Source: an uncultured Gemmatimonadales bacterium (GTDB lineage Bacteria > Gemmatimonadota > Gemmatimonadetes > Gemmatimonadales > GWC2-71-9). From it: a DNA stretch of 64,000 nt. Positions 21,466-30,292 of this stretch are shown piece by piece. Numbering within the stretch: position 1 is the stretch's first letter; each line of letters opens with the position of its first letter. The notes under the pieces are model-generated. The model had not been told where the DNA came from. It did no database searches and was given only the letters and a program-made list of their open reading frames with translations. A program made the position numbers and the translations under genes. The stretch lies in NCBI GenBank assembly GCA_963796635.1, contig CAWCMH010000001.1:1045769-1109768 (forward strand). Direction: 5' to 3'.

Positions 21466-22476
21466 GTGATCCGCGTCGCCCTCGACGCGATGGGTGGCGA
21501 CGGCGCGCCCGGAGCCGAAGTCGACGGCGCCGCGCTGGCGCTGCGCGAATTTCCCGACCTCGACCTCACCCTGGTCGGCCGCCCCGACGATATCCAGCCG
21601 TATCTCGATCGCTGCTCGGCGAGCGAGCGCGAGCGGTTGCATGTCGTCGCCGCACCCGACGTCATCGGCATGGACGAGAAACCGCTGGCCGCCGTGCGCC
21701 GCAAGCCGCGGTCGTCGATGGTGGTTGGCTTCCAGCTGCACCGCGAAGGCGCCGTCGACGCGTTTGTGTCGGCCGGCAACACCGGAGCCACCCTCGCCGC
21801 CGCCACGATCGTGCTCGGTCTCCACGACGGCGTCGATCGCGCCACGGTCGCGTCGCTGTTCCCGTCCCGCGATGGCGTGGTGCTGGTGGTCGATGCCGGT
21901 GCCAACGTCGACTGCACCTCCAAGGAACTCGTCAACTTCGCGCGCCTCGGCAGCATCTACATGCGCGATGTCATCGGGCGCGAGAGTCCGGCGGTCGGAC
22001 TGCTCAACGTCGGCGAGGAGGATGAGAAGGGCAACGCGGTGGTGCGCGAAACGCACCGCGCGCTCAAGCAGCAGCCGCGGATCCGGTACGTCGGCAATAT
22101 CGAAGGGCGCGACATCGTGGTGCCGCATCCGGGGCACGGCCAGGTCGACGTGGTGGTGTGCGACGGCTTCGTCGGCAACGCAGTGCTCAAGTTCTACGAG
22201 TCGGTGCGCCCGCTGGTGTCGGGCTTGATCGCCAAGGAGAATCCCGGGCTGCTCACCTCGCCGGAACTGCAGCCGCTCATGCAGTTCCTCGATTACACGC
22301 AGTACGGCGGTGCCCCGCTGCTCGGCGTACGCGGCGTCGCGATCGTGTGTCACGGAGCGTCGAATGCCAACGCGATCAAGAATGGCGTACGCAAGGCCGT
22401 CGAATCGGTGCGGGGCGGACTGAGCCGGCACATCGCGGCCGAGATGGCGTTGCACGAAACGGCCGCGGCGCGGTGA
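21466..22476 (+). CDS. plsX: Phosphate acyltransferase PlsX
   Basis: GTG 21466. ..VALDAMGGDGAP..FVSAGNTGA..GFVGNAVLK. Confidence 0.9.
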   Translation: MIRVALDAMGGDGAPGAEVDGAALALREFPDLDLTLVGRPDDIQPYLDRCSASERERLHVVAAPDVIGMDEKPLAAVRRKPRSSMVVGFQLHREGAVDAFVSAGNTGATLAAATIVLGLHDGVDRATVASLFPSRDGVVLVVDAGANVDCTSKELVNFARLGSIYMRDVIGRESPAVGLLNVGEEDEKGNAVVRETHRALKQQPRIRYVGNIEGRDIVVPHPGHGQVDVVVCDGFVGNAVLKFYESVRPLVSGLIAKENPGLLTSPELQPLMQFLDYTQYGGAPLLGVRGVAIVCHGASNANAIKNGVRKAVESVRGGLSRHIAAEMALHETAAAR

Positions 22477-23467
22477 CACCGGCGCCGGCCTCCTATATCG
22501 CCGGCCTCAGCGCGGCGGTGCCCGACGGGTTGCTGACCAACGCGGACCTGGAACGCACGCTCGACACGTCGAACGAGTGGATCGTCGAACGGACCGGCAT
22601 CCGCGAGCGACACATCGCTGCGCCGACCGAAACACTCACCAGCATTGCCGGCGTCGCCGCGCGCGACGCGATGGAGCGCGCCGGTGTGGCCGCCGACGAA
22701 CTCGACGGCATCGTGTTCGCGACGGTGACGCCGGACCATCGCCTGCCGTCGGCGGCGTGCGACCTGCAGGCGCAACTAGGGGCCTCCCGCGCGTGGGCGT
22801 TCGACCTGGCCGCGGCGTGTCCCGGCTGGCTCTATGCGCTGACCGTCGCCGACGGGCTGGTCCGCGCCGGCATGGGCGAGACGATCCTGGTGATCGGGGC
22901 GGAGAAGTTGTCATCGATCGTTGACTACGAAGACCGCTCGACGGCGATCCTGTTCGGCGACGGCGCCGGTGCTGCGGTCGTTCGGCGCGCCCGGGCGGAT
23001 GGGCGCGGCCTGCTCTCGGCGCATCTTGGCGCCGATGGCAACCTGGCGTCGCTGCTGCACATTCCGGCGGGAGGGTCGGCCGAACCGTTGACACCCGCGG
23101 TCCTGCACGACAAGCGTCACCTCGTCAAGATGGCTGGGCGCGAGGTGTTCAAGGCGGCGGTGCTGGCGATGAGCCGGGCCACCGACGAAGCGATCCAGCG
23201 TGCCGGGCTCGCGCCCGACGCGATCGACCTGCTGATTCCGCACCAGGCCAACCTCCGCATCATCGAGGCCACCGCCAAGCACGCCGGCATCTCGATGGAC
23301 AAGGTGATGGTCAACCTCGATCGCTACGGCAATACCAGCTCGGCGAGCATTCCCCTCGCGTTGCAGCAGGCTGAACGCGAGGGGCGCCTGCGAGCCCGGG
23401 CATGGTGGTCATGCTGGTGTCGTTCGGCGCGGGGTTCACCTGGGCGAGTATCGTCGTCCGATGGTGA
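22473..23467 (+). pseudogene. fabH: 3-oxoacyl-ACP synthase III; one frameshift 70 nt before the stop as sequenced
   Basis: GTG 22473 (GTGA overlap). ..ERTGIRERH.., AAACPGWLYAL (Cys), IPHQANLRII (His), YGNTSSASIP (Asn). The last ~23 codons (PGMVVMLVSFGAGFTWASIVVRW, TGA 23465-23467) sit in another frame. Adding one c to ccc 23395-23397 restores them. Confidence 0.85.
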
Positions 23468-24390
23468 CCATCCTGCTGTTTCCCGGGCAAGGGTCGCAGA
23501 AGGTCGGCATGACGCAGGATCTTGCCGACCGTTTTCCTGTGGTCCGCGAGCTGCTCCAACGCGTCGACGCCGGGTTGGGCACGCCGCTGACCAAGACCAT
23601 GTGGCATGGTCCGGAGGAGGAGTTGACACGGACCGACAACGCGCAGCCGGCCATCCTGGCGCATTCCGCCGCGGTGCTCGCGGTGCTGGGCACGCATCTG
23701 GGCCGCGTCGGCGCCGCGGCGGGGCATTCGCTGGGAGAATATTCCGCGTGGCTTGCCGCCGGCGCGATCGACGCGGTGGTGGCGGCGTCGCTGGTGCGGC
23801 GCCGCGGTGAACTGATGCTCGAAGCCGGACGCACCCGACCGGGCGCGATGGCGGCGGTGCTCGGCCTCGACACCACCGACGTCGAAGTCGCGTGCGCGCA
23901 AGCCGAGATCGACACGGAAGCCACCGTGGTCGCCGCGAATCTCAACGCGCCGGATCAGACAGTCATATCCGGAGATCCGCGTGCCGTGGCCCGCGCCGGC
24001 GAACTCTGCCAGACGGCGGGAGCCAGGCGAGTCCTGCCATTGAAGGTGAGCGGCGCCTTTCATTCGCCGCTGATGGCGCCGGCGGTGGCCGGGTTGCGCG
24101 AGGCGCTCAACAGTGCGCCGTTCGGTGCCGCGGAATTTCCGATCGTTGCCAACGCGACGGCCGACGTGGCGCAGTCACGCAACGATGCGGTCGCCCTGCT
24201 GGCGGCACAACTCACCGCCCCGGTTCGCTGGGTGCAATCGATGCGCCGCCTCGCCGACATGCACCCGGGCGCGCGCTGGCTCGAGATCGGGCCAGGAAAC
24301 GTGCTGACCGGGTTGCTCAAGCGCATCGTGCCCGACGCGCAGTGCACACCCCTCGGCACGGCGGCACAACTCGATGCGTGGCTGGCGTGA
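23461..24390 (+). CDS. fabD: Malonyl CoA-ACP transacylase
   Basis: ATG 23461. ..LFPGQGSQKVGM..GHSLGEYSA.. Confidence 0.9.
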   Translation: MVTILLFPGQGSQKVGMTQDLADRFPVVRELLQRVDAGLGTPLTKTMWHGPEEELTRTDNAQPAILAHSAAVLAVLGTHLGRVGAAAGHSLGEYSAWLAAGAIDAVVAASLVRRRGELMLEAGRTRPGAMAAVLGLDTTDVEVACAQAEIDTEATVVAANLNAPDQTVISGDPRAVARAGELCQTAGARRVLPLKVSGAFHSPLMAPAVAGLREALNSAPFGAAEFPIVANATADVAQSRNDAVALLAAQLTAPVRWVQSMRRLADMHPGARWLEIGPGNVLTGLLKRIVPDAQCTPLGTAAQLDAWLA

Positions 24391-25130
24391 GTCTCACCAT
24401 CGACCTGACCGGGCGGACGGCGTTCGTCACCGGCAGTACGCGCGGCATCGGGCGCAGTATCGCGGAACACCTGCTGGCGGCCGGCGCGCAGGTGGGCATC
24501 GCCGGCCGGCAGCGCGAAACGGCGGAGCGGGTCGCCGCGGAACTGGGAACCGGCGCGCGCGGATTCGGCGCCGATGTGACCGATGCCGGCGCGTTGCGGG
24601 CGGCCATCGGCGCATGCGAGCGTGAACTGGCCCCGATCGACATCCTGGTCAACAACGCGGGCGTCACGCGAGACAACCTGTTGATGCGGCTGAGTGACGA
24701 CGACTGGGACGCGGTGCTCGACGCCAACCTCAAGGCGGCGTTCGTCGCCACCCAGGCGGTGATCAAGGGCATGATGAAGCGCCGCGCTGGGCGCATCATC
24801 AACGTGACCAGCGTCGTCGGTCTCACCGGCAACAAGGGGCAGGCCAATTACGCCGCGAGCAAGGCCGGGCTGATCGGTTTCACGAAGTCGGTTGCCAAGG
24901 AGTATGCGGCGCGCGGGATACTGGCCAACTGCGTCGCCCCTGGCTTCATCGATACCGAGATGACCGCCGCCTTGCCCGAGGCCACGCGTGCCGCGTTATT
25001 GGAGGCGATTCCGCTGGGGCGTCTGGGCCGTCCCGCCGATGTGGCGGCGGCCGTGGTGTTTCTCGCGTCCGACCTGGCGGCGTATGTTACCGGACAGACG
25101 TTGGTGATTGACGGCGGCATGGTCGGCTGA
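24387..25130 (+). CDS. fabG: 3-oxoacyl-ACP reductase
   Basis: GTG 24387 (GTGA overlap). [15 protein letters not shown] and YAASKAG (YxxxK); SDR family in fab operon context. Confidence 0.9.
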   Translation: MSLTIDLTGRTAFVTGSTRGIGRSIAEHLLAAGAQVGIAGRQRETAERVAAELGTGARGFGADVTDAGALRAAIGACERELAPIDILVNNAGVTRDNLLMRLSDDDWDAVLDANLKAAFVATQAVIKGMMKRRAGRIINVTSVVGLTGNKGQANYAASKAGLIGFTKSVAKEYAARGILANCVAPGFIDTEMTAALPEATRAALLEAIPLGRLGRPADVAAAVVFLASDLAAYVTGQTLVIDGGMVG

Positions 25131-25168
25131 ACCGACTTCATCTTTCAACACTGCAATCGAGGCAACCG

Positions 25169-25408
25169 ATGAGCGACGTGGAGGAGAAGGTCAAGGACAT
25201 CATTGTCGAGGAGCTGGGGATTGAACGCGAAAAGCTCACCCCCGAGGCGTCCTTCATGGAGGATCTGGGCGCCGACTCGCTCGACACCGTCGAACTGGTC
25301 ATGGCGTTCGAGAAGGAATTCGACATCGACATCCCCGATGAGGAGGCCGAAAAGCTGCGCACCGTCGGCGACGCACTGAAGTATCTCCACGAGAAACTCG
25401 GGAAGTAA
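25169..25408 (+). CDS. acpP: Acyl carrier protein
   Basis: ATG 25169. 79 aa, ..[19 protein letters not shown]. Confidence 0.95.
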   Translation: MSDVEEKVKDIIVEELGIEREKLTPEASFMEDLGADSLDTVELVMAFEKEFDIDIPDEEAEKLRTVGDALKYLHEKLGK

Positions 25409-25412
25409 CCTG

Positions 25413-26651
25413 ATGCGCCGGGTGGTGGTCACGGGACTCGGCCTGGTGACGCCGGTGGGCCTCACCGTCGAGGAGAGCTGGGCCAATCTCCTGGCGGGGC
25501 GATCCGGCGCCGCCGGGATCACCAAGTACGACCCGGAGCGTTGGGCGGTGCGGTTCGCGTGTGAGGTCAAGGGGTTCGACCCCGCACCGTATCTCGACAA
25601 GAAGGAAGCGCGCCGGTACGACCTGTTCGCCCAGTACGGCATCGCGGCCGCGCATCAGGCGATGGTGCAGGCGGGATTGCACGAAGGCGTCGCCGTGCCG
25701 GCCCGCGCTGGGGCGATTCTGGGCTCGGGCATCGGCGGCATGATGACCTTCCAGGAAAACTGCGAGGCGTTCCTGCAGAAGGGCCCCGACCGGGTGTCGC
25801 CCTTCTTCGTGCCGATGTTCATTCCCGACATCGCCGCGGGCCTGGTGTCGATTCGCTACAAGCTGCAAGGGCCGAACTTCGCGACGGTGTCGGCCTGTTC
25901 GTCCGGCGCGCACGCGATCGGGACGTCGTGGCAGCTGATCCGGGCCGGCCTGGCCGACATCATGCTGACGGGCGGCTGCGAGGCGGCGATTACCGGACTC
26001 AGCATCGCCGCGTTCGCGAACATGAAGGCCTTGTCGACTCGCAACGACGCACCGGAGCTGGCCTCGCGTCCGTTTGATCTTGCACGCGATGGTTTCGTGC
26101 TCGCGGACGGCGCGGGGATGATGGTGCTGGAGGAGCTGGACCATGCCCGCGCGCGCGGCGCGACGATCCTGGGCGAGATCGTGGGGTACGGGGCGTCCGC
26201 CGATGCCTTTCATATCACGCAGCCGCCGCCGGACGGGCACGGCGCCATCGGCGCCATGCACGCATGCCTTGCGTCGGGCGACATCGCACTCGACGAGGTC
26301 GACTACATCAACGCGCACGGGACGTCCACGCCGCAGGGCGACATCGCCGAGACCAACGCGGTGAAGGCGGTGTTCGGCGCCCGCGCGTACGAACTGATGT
26401 TCGCGTCAACCAAGTCGATGACCGGACACGCCCTCGGCGCGGCCGGCGCGATCGAGGCGGTGATCTCGCTGCTGGTGGCGTCGCGCGGACAGGTTCCGCC
26501 GACGATCAATCAGGTGACACCCGATCCGGATTGTGATCTCGACAGTGTCCCCAACACGATGCGCGAGGCGCGCGTGCGCGTCGCGCTGTCGAATTCGTTC
26601 GGCTTCGGCGGCCACAATGCGACGCTGGCGGTGCGGGGCGGATCAGCGTAA
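25413..26651 (+). CDS. fabF: 3-oxoacyl-ACP synthase II
   Basis: ATG 25413. ATVSACSSGAHAIG (Cys), NAHGTSTPQGD (His), GHALGAAG, NSFGFGGHNA. Confidence 0.9.
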   Translation: MRRVVVTGLGLVTPVGLTVEESWANLLAGRSGAAGITKYDPERWAVRFACEVKGFDPAPYLDKKEARRYDLFAQYGIAAAHQAMVQAGLHEGVAVPARAGAILGSGIGGMMTFQENCEAFLQKGPDRVSPFFVPMFIPDIAAGLVSIRYKLQGPNFATVSACSSGAHAIGTSWQLIRAGLADIMLTGGCEAAITGLSIAAFANMKALSTRNDAPELASRPFDLARDGFVLADGAGMMVLEELDHARARGATILGEIVGYGASADAFHITQPPPDGHGAIGAMHACLASGDIALDEVDYINAHGTSTPQGDIAETNAVKAVFGARAYELMFASTKSMTGHALGAAGAIEAVISLLVASRGQVPPTINQVTPDPDCDLDSVPNTMREARVRVALSNSFGFGGHNATLAVRGGSA

Positions 26652-26761
26652 GCCGCTTCACCCCGACTCATCGTCGACCGGTCGCGTGGATGGACGCCCC
26701 GCATGAATCCGCCGCGGAGGCACAGCTCACCATCGTACCCGACATTGACGTGCCGCAACGC

Positions 26762-26789
26762 TTGACCCAACGCGTCATGACGATACACT
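26762..26789 (+). promoter_or_regulatory. Candidate sigma70-type promoter for the lipoprotein/OMP genes
   Basis: TTGACC (26762-26767), 16 nt spacer, TACACT (26784-26789), 54 nt upstream of ATG 26843. By-eye match only. Confidence 0.3.
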
Positions 26790-26842
26790 ACAGCGCCGAG
26801 CCGATCCGCTCGGTCCTCTCCCGCCGGACCGGTATCGTGACG

Positions 26843-28960
26843 ATGTTGCATCGAGCCAGACGGTATCCCTCGGGATGGTTGGTGCTGGCTGCGGCCATCG
26901 CGGTTGGCTCGTGCAAGAGTGGCCAGGGTTCGGACACACCGGTCCTGCTCGGCATCAACATCACGGGCGCGGGCACCGGCACCGGCACGGTCACTTCAGC
27001 AGCCGCGGGCATTTCCTGCACCATCGACAACGGTGTCGCGACCGGATCGTGTTACACCCAGCTCCGTCGAGGCACCGCCATCACGCTCACCGCCACGGCC
27101 GCCGGCACCGATCAATTCGCGGAGTGGACCGGCGGTTGCAGCGGAACGACGCCTACCTGCCAGTTGAAGCTCACCGCGACGACCAACGTCCAGGCCACGT
27201 TCAGCGGAATGCCCACCGCCCTGACCGTGGCGTTGTCCGGGACCGGCACGGGGGGCGTCACCAGCGCACCGTCGGGGATTTCCTGCACGCGCGACGCGGG
27301 AACGACCGCGGGAAGCTGCGTCGCCTCGTTCAGCGCCGGCACCAGTGTCACGCTGACGGCGGCGCCAGGCGGGCAGAGTCTGTTCGGGACGTGGATGGGC
27401 GACTGCAGCGGGTCGACGGCGAACTGCACGGTCGTGATGTCCACACCGCGATCGGTCTCGGCGACAATGCTTCTCGCGCGGACGATCACCGTTGCGGGTG
27501 GCGGCGCCGGAGGCGGGACCGTCAGCAGCGCGCCCCCCGGCATCAACTGCACCGTCGCGGCGGGCACCGCCGCGGGACAATGTGCTGCGACATTCGGTGA
27601 CGGCACGATGGTGCAATTGACGGCAACGCCGGATGCGACATCGGCGTTCGGCAGTTGGAGCGGTGCGTGCAGTGGGAGTACCAACCCGTGTGACCTGACC
27701 GTTGCTGCGACAGGCGGAGTGCAGGCGACATTCGTTCCGCTGCGCACCTTGACGGTGAGCGGCGCGGGCCTCGGCGCCGGCACCGTGACGAGCGTGCCGG
27801 CGGGGATCAACTGCTCGATCGGCGCCGGCGCGGCGAGCGGCACGTGCATCAAGACCTTCCCCGACGCGACCAGCGTGACGCTTGGCGCGACGCCGGGCGC
27901 CGGTTCCGGGTTTACCGGTTGGAGCGGCGACTGTACCGGAGCCAGTTGCGTACTCGCGCTGACGGCGAATCGCAACGCGGTCGCGTCGTTCAATGGCGCG
28001 TCGAGCGCAGCGACGACCACCGTAACGCTCAGCGCCGCGTCGATCGTCGCCGGCGACTCGTCGACCGTCACGATCACGGTCAAGGATGCCAGCGGCAATC
28101 CGGTACAGGGCGCCAGCGTCGTGCTGAGCGTGGCAAGCGGTAGCCCCGCCGTCATCACACAGCCGGTGGGTACGACAGCGGCGAACGGCGTGATCAGCGG
28201 CAGGGTCACGGCCACCGTGGCGGGGGTGCGAACCATCGCGGCGACCATCGACGGAACTGTCACCGCCGCGGAACGTCCGACGCTCACCGTCACGGCTGCG
28301 GCGGCGCACAGCATCGCCCAGAGCGGCGGGTTTGTCACGACCGGGGCGCGGTTCGGTCAGAACGTGCCGTCGCTGCCCGCAGTGATTGTGACCGATGCGT
28401 ACGGCAACCCCATTGCCGGCGCATCGGTCATCTTCACGCTGACCAAGGGGCACGGCACGATCGGCGCGGGCGCGAGCAGCGGAACCACCCTGGCCGTGCC
28501 CACCACCAGCACCGGCGTCGCCGCGTTATCGCTCTGGTCACTTGCGTCGGTGACCTCGGTCGGGAATTACGACAAGGACATCGATGTCCACAACACGGTC
28601 ACCGCCGACGTGACCGGCCTGATCGGCAGTCCGATCGAGTTCACCACCGCGGTCACGGTTTCGTACGCGACGGATGTCCAGGCAATCTGGAACTACGGCA
28701 TCCCCGCCATCGCCGCATGCACCGCGTCCGGCTGTCACGCCAGCGGCGGCAGCGCCCCGGTGCTGGCCGGCGCGTCGCGCGCTAACCTGAACGGCGTCTA
28801 CATCACGCCGGGCGACTCGATCAACTTCAGCAATTCGGCCAACCGCCTTCTGTACCGGCTCATCAACGGCGCACCCGTGATGCCGTCGGGTCATCCACTG
28901 CCGCCGAACGTCGTCGGTATCGTCAAGGCCTACATCACCCAGGGCGCTCCGAGCAACTGA
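26843..28960 (+). CDS. Lipoprotein: 4 tandem Cys-containing InlB-B-repeat-like domains, 2 Big_1-like Ig domains, and a C-terminal PSCyt1-like domain
   Basis: ATG 26843. Signal plus lipobox LAAAIAVGSC. Four ~85-90 aa repeats follow the pattern G.G.VTS.P.GI.C......G.C......GT.VTLTA.P...S.F..W.G.CSG....C.. Next come TVTITVKDASGNPVQGASVVLSV and AVIVTDAYGNPIAGASVIFTL (Big_1-like). The C-terminus reads VQAIWNYGIPAIAACTASGCHASGG..ITPGDS..MPSGHPLPPNVVGIVKAYITQGAP. Confidence 0.7.
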   Translation: MLHRARRYPSGWLVLAAAIAVGSCKSGQGSDTPVLLGINITGAGTGTGTVTSAAAGISCTIDNGVATGSCYTQLRRGTAITLTATAAGTDQFAEWTGGCSGTTPTCQLKLTATTNVQATFSGMPTALTVALSGTGTGGVTSAPSGISCTRDAGTTAGSCVASFSAGTSVTLTAAPGGQSLFGTWMGDCSGSTANCTVVMSTPRSVSATMLLARTITVAGGGAGGGTVSSAPPGINCTVAAGTAAGQCAATFGDGTMVQLTATPDATSAFGSWSGACSGSTNPCDLTVAATGGVQATFVPLRTLTVSGAGLGAGTVTSVPAGINCSIGAGAASGTCIKTFPDATSVTLGATPGAGSGFTGWSGDCTGASCVLALTANRNAVASFNGASSAATTTVTLSAASIVAGDSSTVTITVKDASGNPVQGASVVLSVASGSPAVITQPVGTTAANGVISGRVTATVAGVRTIAATIDGTVTAAERPTLTVTAAAAHSIAQSGGFVTTGARFGQNVPSLPAVIVTDAYGNPIAGASVIFTLTKGHGTIGAGASSGTTLAVPTTSTGVAALSLWSLASVTSVGNYDKDIDVHNTVTADVTGLIGSPIEFTTAVTVSYATDVQAIWNYGIPAIAACTASGCHASGGSAPVLAGASRANLNGVYITPGDSINFSNSANRLLYRLINGAPVMPSGHPLPPNVVGIVKAYITQGAPSN
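26945..27997 (+). repeat. Four tandem in-frame coding repeats (~255-270 nt each) inside the lipoprotein gene
   Basis: Protein-level repeats begin LLGINITGAGTGTGTVTS.., TALTVALSGTGTGGVTS.., TITVAGGGAGGGTVSS.. and TLTVSGAGLGAGTVTS... Cysteine spacing is conserved across all four. Confidence 0.8.
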
Positions 28961-28985
28961 CGGAGGCCCGCACCCCGGAGAAGTC

Positions 28986-30281
28986 GTGCTCAAACGGATT
29001 GTGGGATTCCTGCTGCTTGCGACCCTGGCGACGGCACCGCTCGCCGCCCAGACCATGCGGGAACGGGTGATCGGCCTGTTCAAGTTCGGCTCCGGATGCG
29101 ATGACCCGGTCTGCCTCAGCGTTGGCAACGCGCACAAGGAGCACTTCAATCCGGCCGCGCGCACCGGCCAGGCCAACCTGATCGACTTCATCTCGGACGC
29201 GATCGGCACCAGTGCGTCGAACGTTCCGATCAGCGCGGCGTCGAGCGGGGCGCTCTGGGGCACCTCGGCCGCCGGTCTGTTCGTCCGCACACCGACGTCG
29301 GCCGGGCCGATCTTTGCCGAGCGCGCGCAGACGATCGGCAAGGGGCACGTGCTGCTCGGCACCAACGTGAGTGATTACAGCTTCACGTCGCTCCGGGGTG
29401 TGCCGCTCAGTGGGCTGCAATTCAACTTCACCCACCAGCTGACCGGTCCCAAGCCGCTCGGCCTCAACGCCGATTACGAGAACGACATCATCGAGGTGAC
29501 AACGCAGATGTCGGTCAACCTCGTCGAAGCCACCGCCTTCGTCACGTACGGGGTGACGCGGAACATCGATGTCAGTGTCGCCGCGCCGATCGTCCGGACG
29601 TCGATCGACGGAAGCAGTGTGGCGCAGGTGATGCCGTTCACCAACCCGACGCCGCATTACTTCGGGCCGGCCGACGACCCGCAACTGCGGGCGTACGCGA
29701 GCGCGAACGGGTCCGCCACGGGGATCGGTGACGTCGCCGTGCGGGCCAAGGCGCTGGTGGCCTCGCGGGGCGCGGAGTCTTTCGCGGTGTTGGCGGACGT
29801 GCGCCTGCCCACTGGTAACGCGGACAACTTTCTTGGCGCCGGCAATGCGTCCTATCGCGTGCAGGGCATCGGCTCGGCGCGTTATGGCAGCTTCTCGCCG
29901 CATGCAAACCTGGGATACTGGGTGCGGCCGGGCGGGGTGCTCAATGACGCCGTGCTCGTGACGGTCGGATTCGATCAGCTGCTCGGCGGCCGTGTGACCT
30001 TCGCGAGCGACATGTTGACGGAGTGGCAGGTCGGCGCCAGCAAACTGATCCAGCCCGATCCAGTGATCCTGTCGACGCCGATCGGATCCTACGTCAGCGA
30101 GCGCGTGATTGCGCCCAGCAATATTCCACTCGGCCGCGACAACGAAGCCCTCGCTTCGATGGGGTTCAAGCTGTCGACGGCTCGCGGGATCACCGCGATC
30201 ACGAATGTGCTGATTCCCGTCGTGCACGGCGGACTACAGCCCAACATTGCCTGGACGCTGGGAGTGGAATACAGCTTCTGA
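28986..30281 (+). CDS. Outer-membrane beta-barrel protein (family unknown)
   Basis: GTG 28986. Signal peptide MLKRIVGFLLLATLATAPLAAQT. Alternating-hydrophobic strands run throughout, and the C-terminal ..IAWTLGVEYSF ends in an aromatic residue, as is typical of OMPs. Confidence 0.65.
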   Translation: MLKRIVGFLLLATLATAPLAAQTMRERVIGLFKFGSGCDDPVCLSVGNAHKEHFNPAARTGQANLIDFISDAIGTSASNVPISAASSGALWGTSAAGLFVRTPTSAGPIFAERAQTIGKGHVLLGTNVSDYSFTSLRGVPLSGLQFNFTHQLTGPKPLGLNADYENDIIEVTTQMSVNLVEATAFVTYGVTRNIDVSVAAPIVRTSIDGSSVAQVMPFTNPTPHYFGPADDPQLRAYASANGSATGIGDVAVRAKALVASRGAESFAVLADVRLPTGNADNFLGAGNASYRVQGIGSARYGSFSPHANLGYWVRPGGVLNDAVLVTVGFDQLLGGRVTFASDMLTEWQVGASKLIQPDPVILSTPIGSYVSERVIAPSNIPLGRDNEALASMGFKLSTARGITAITNVLIPVVHGGLQPNIAWTLGVEYSF

Positions 30282-30292
30282 TGCCGGAAATC

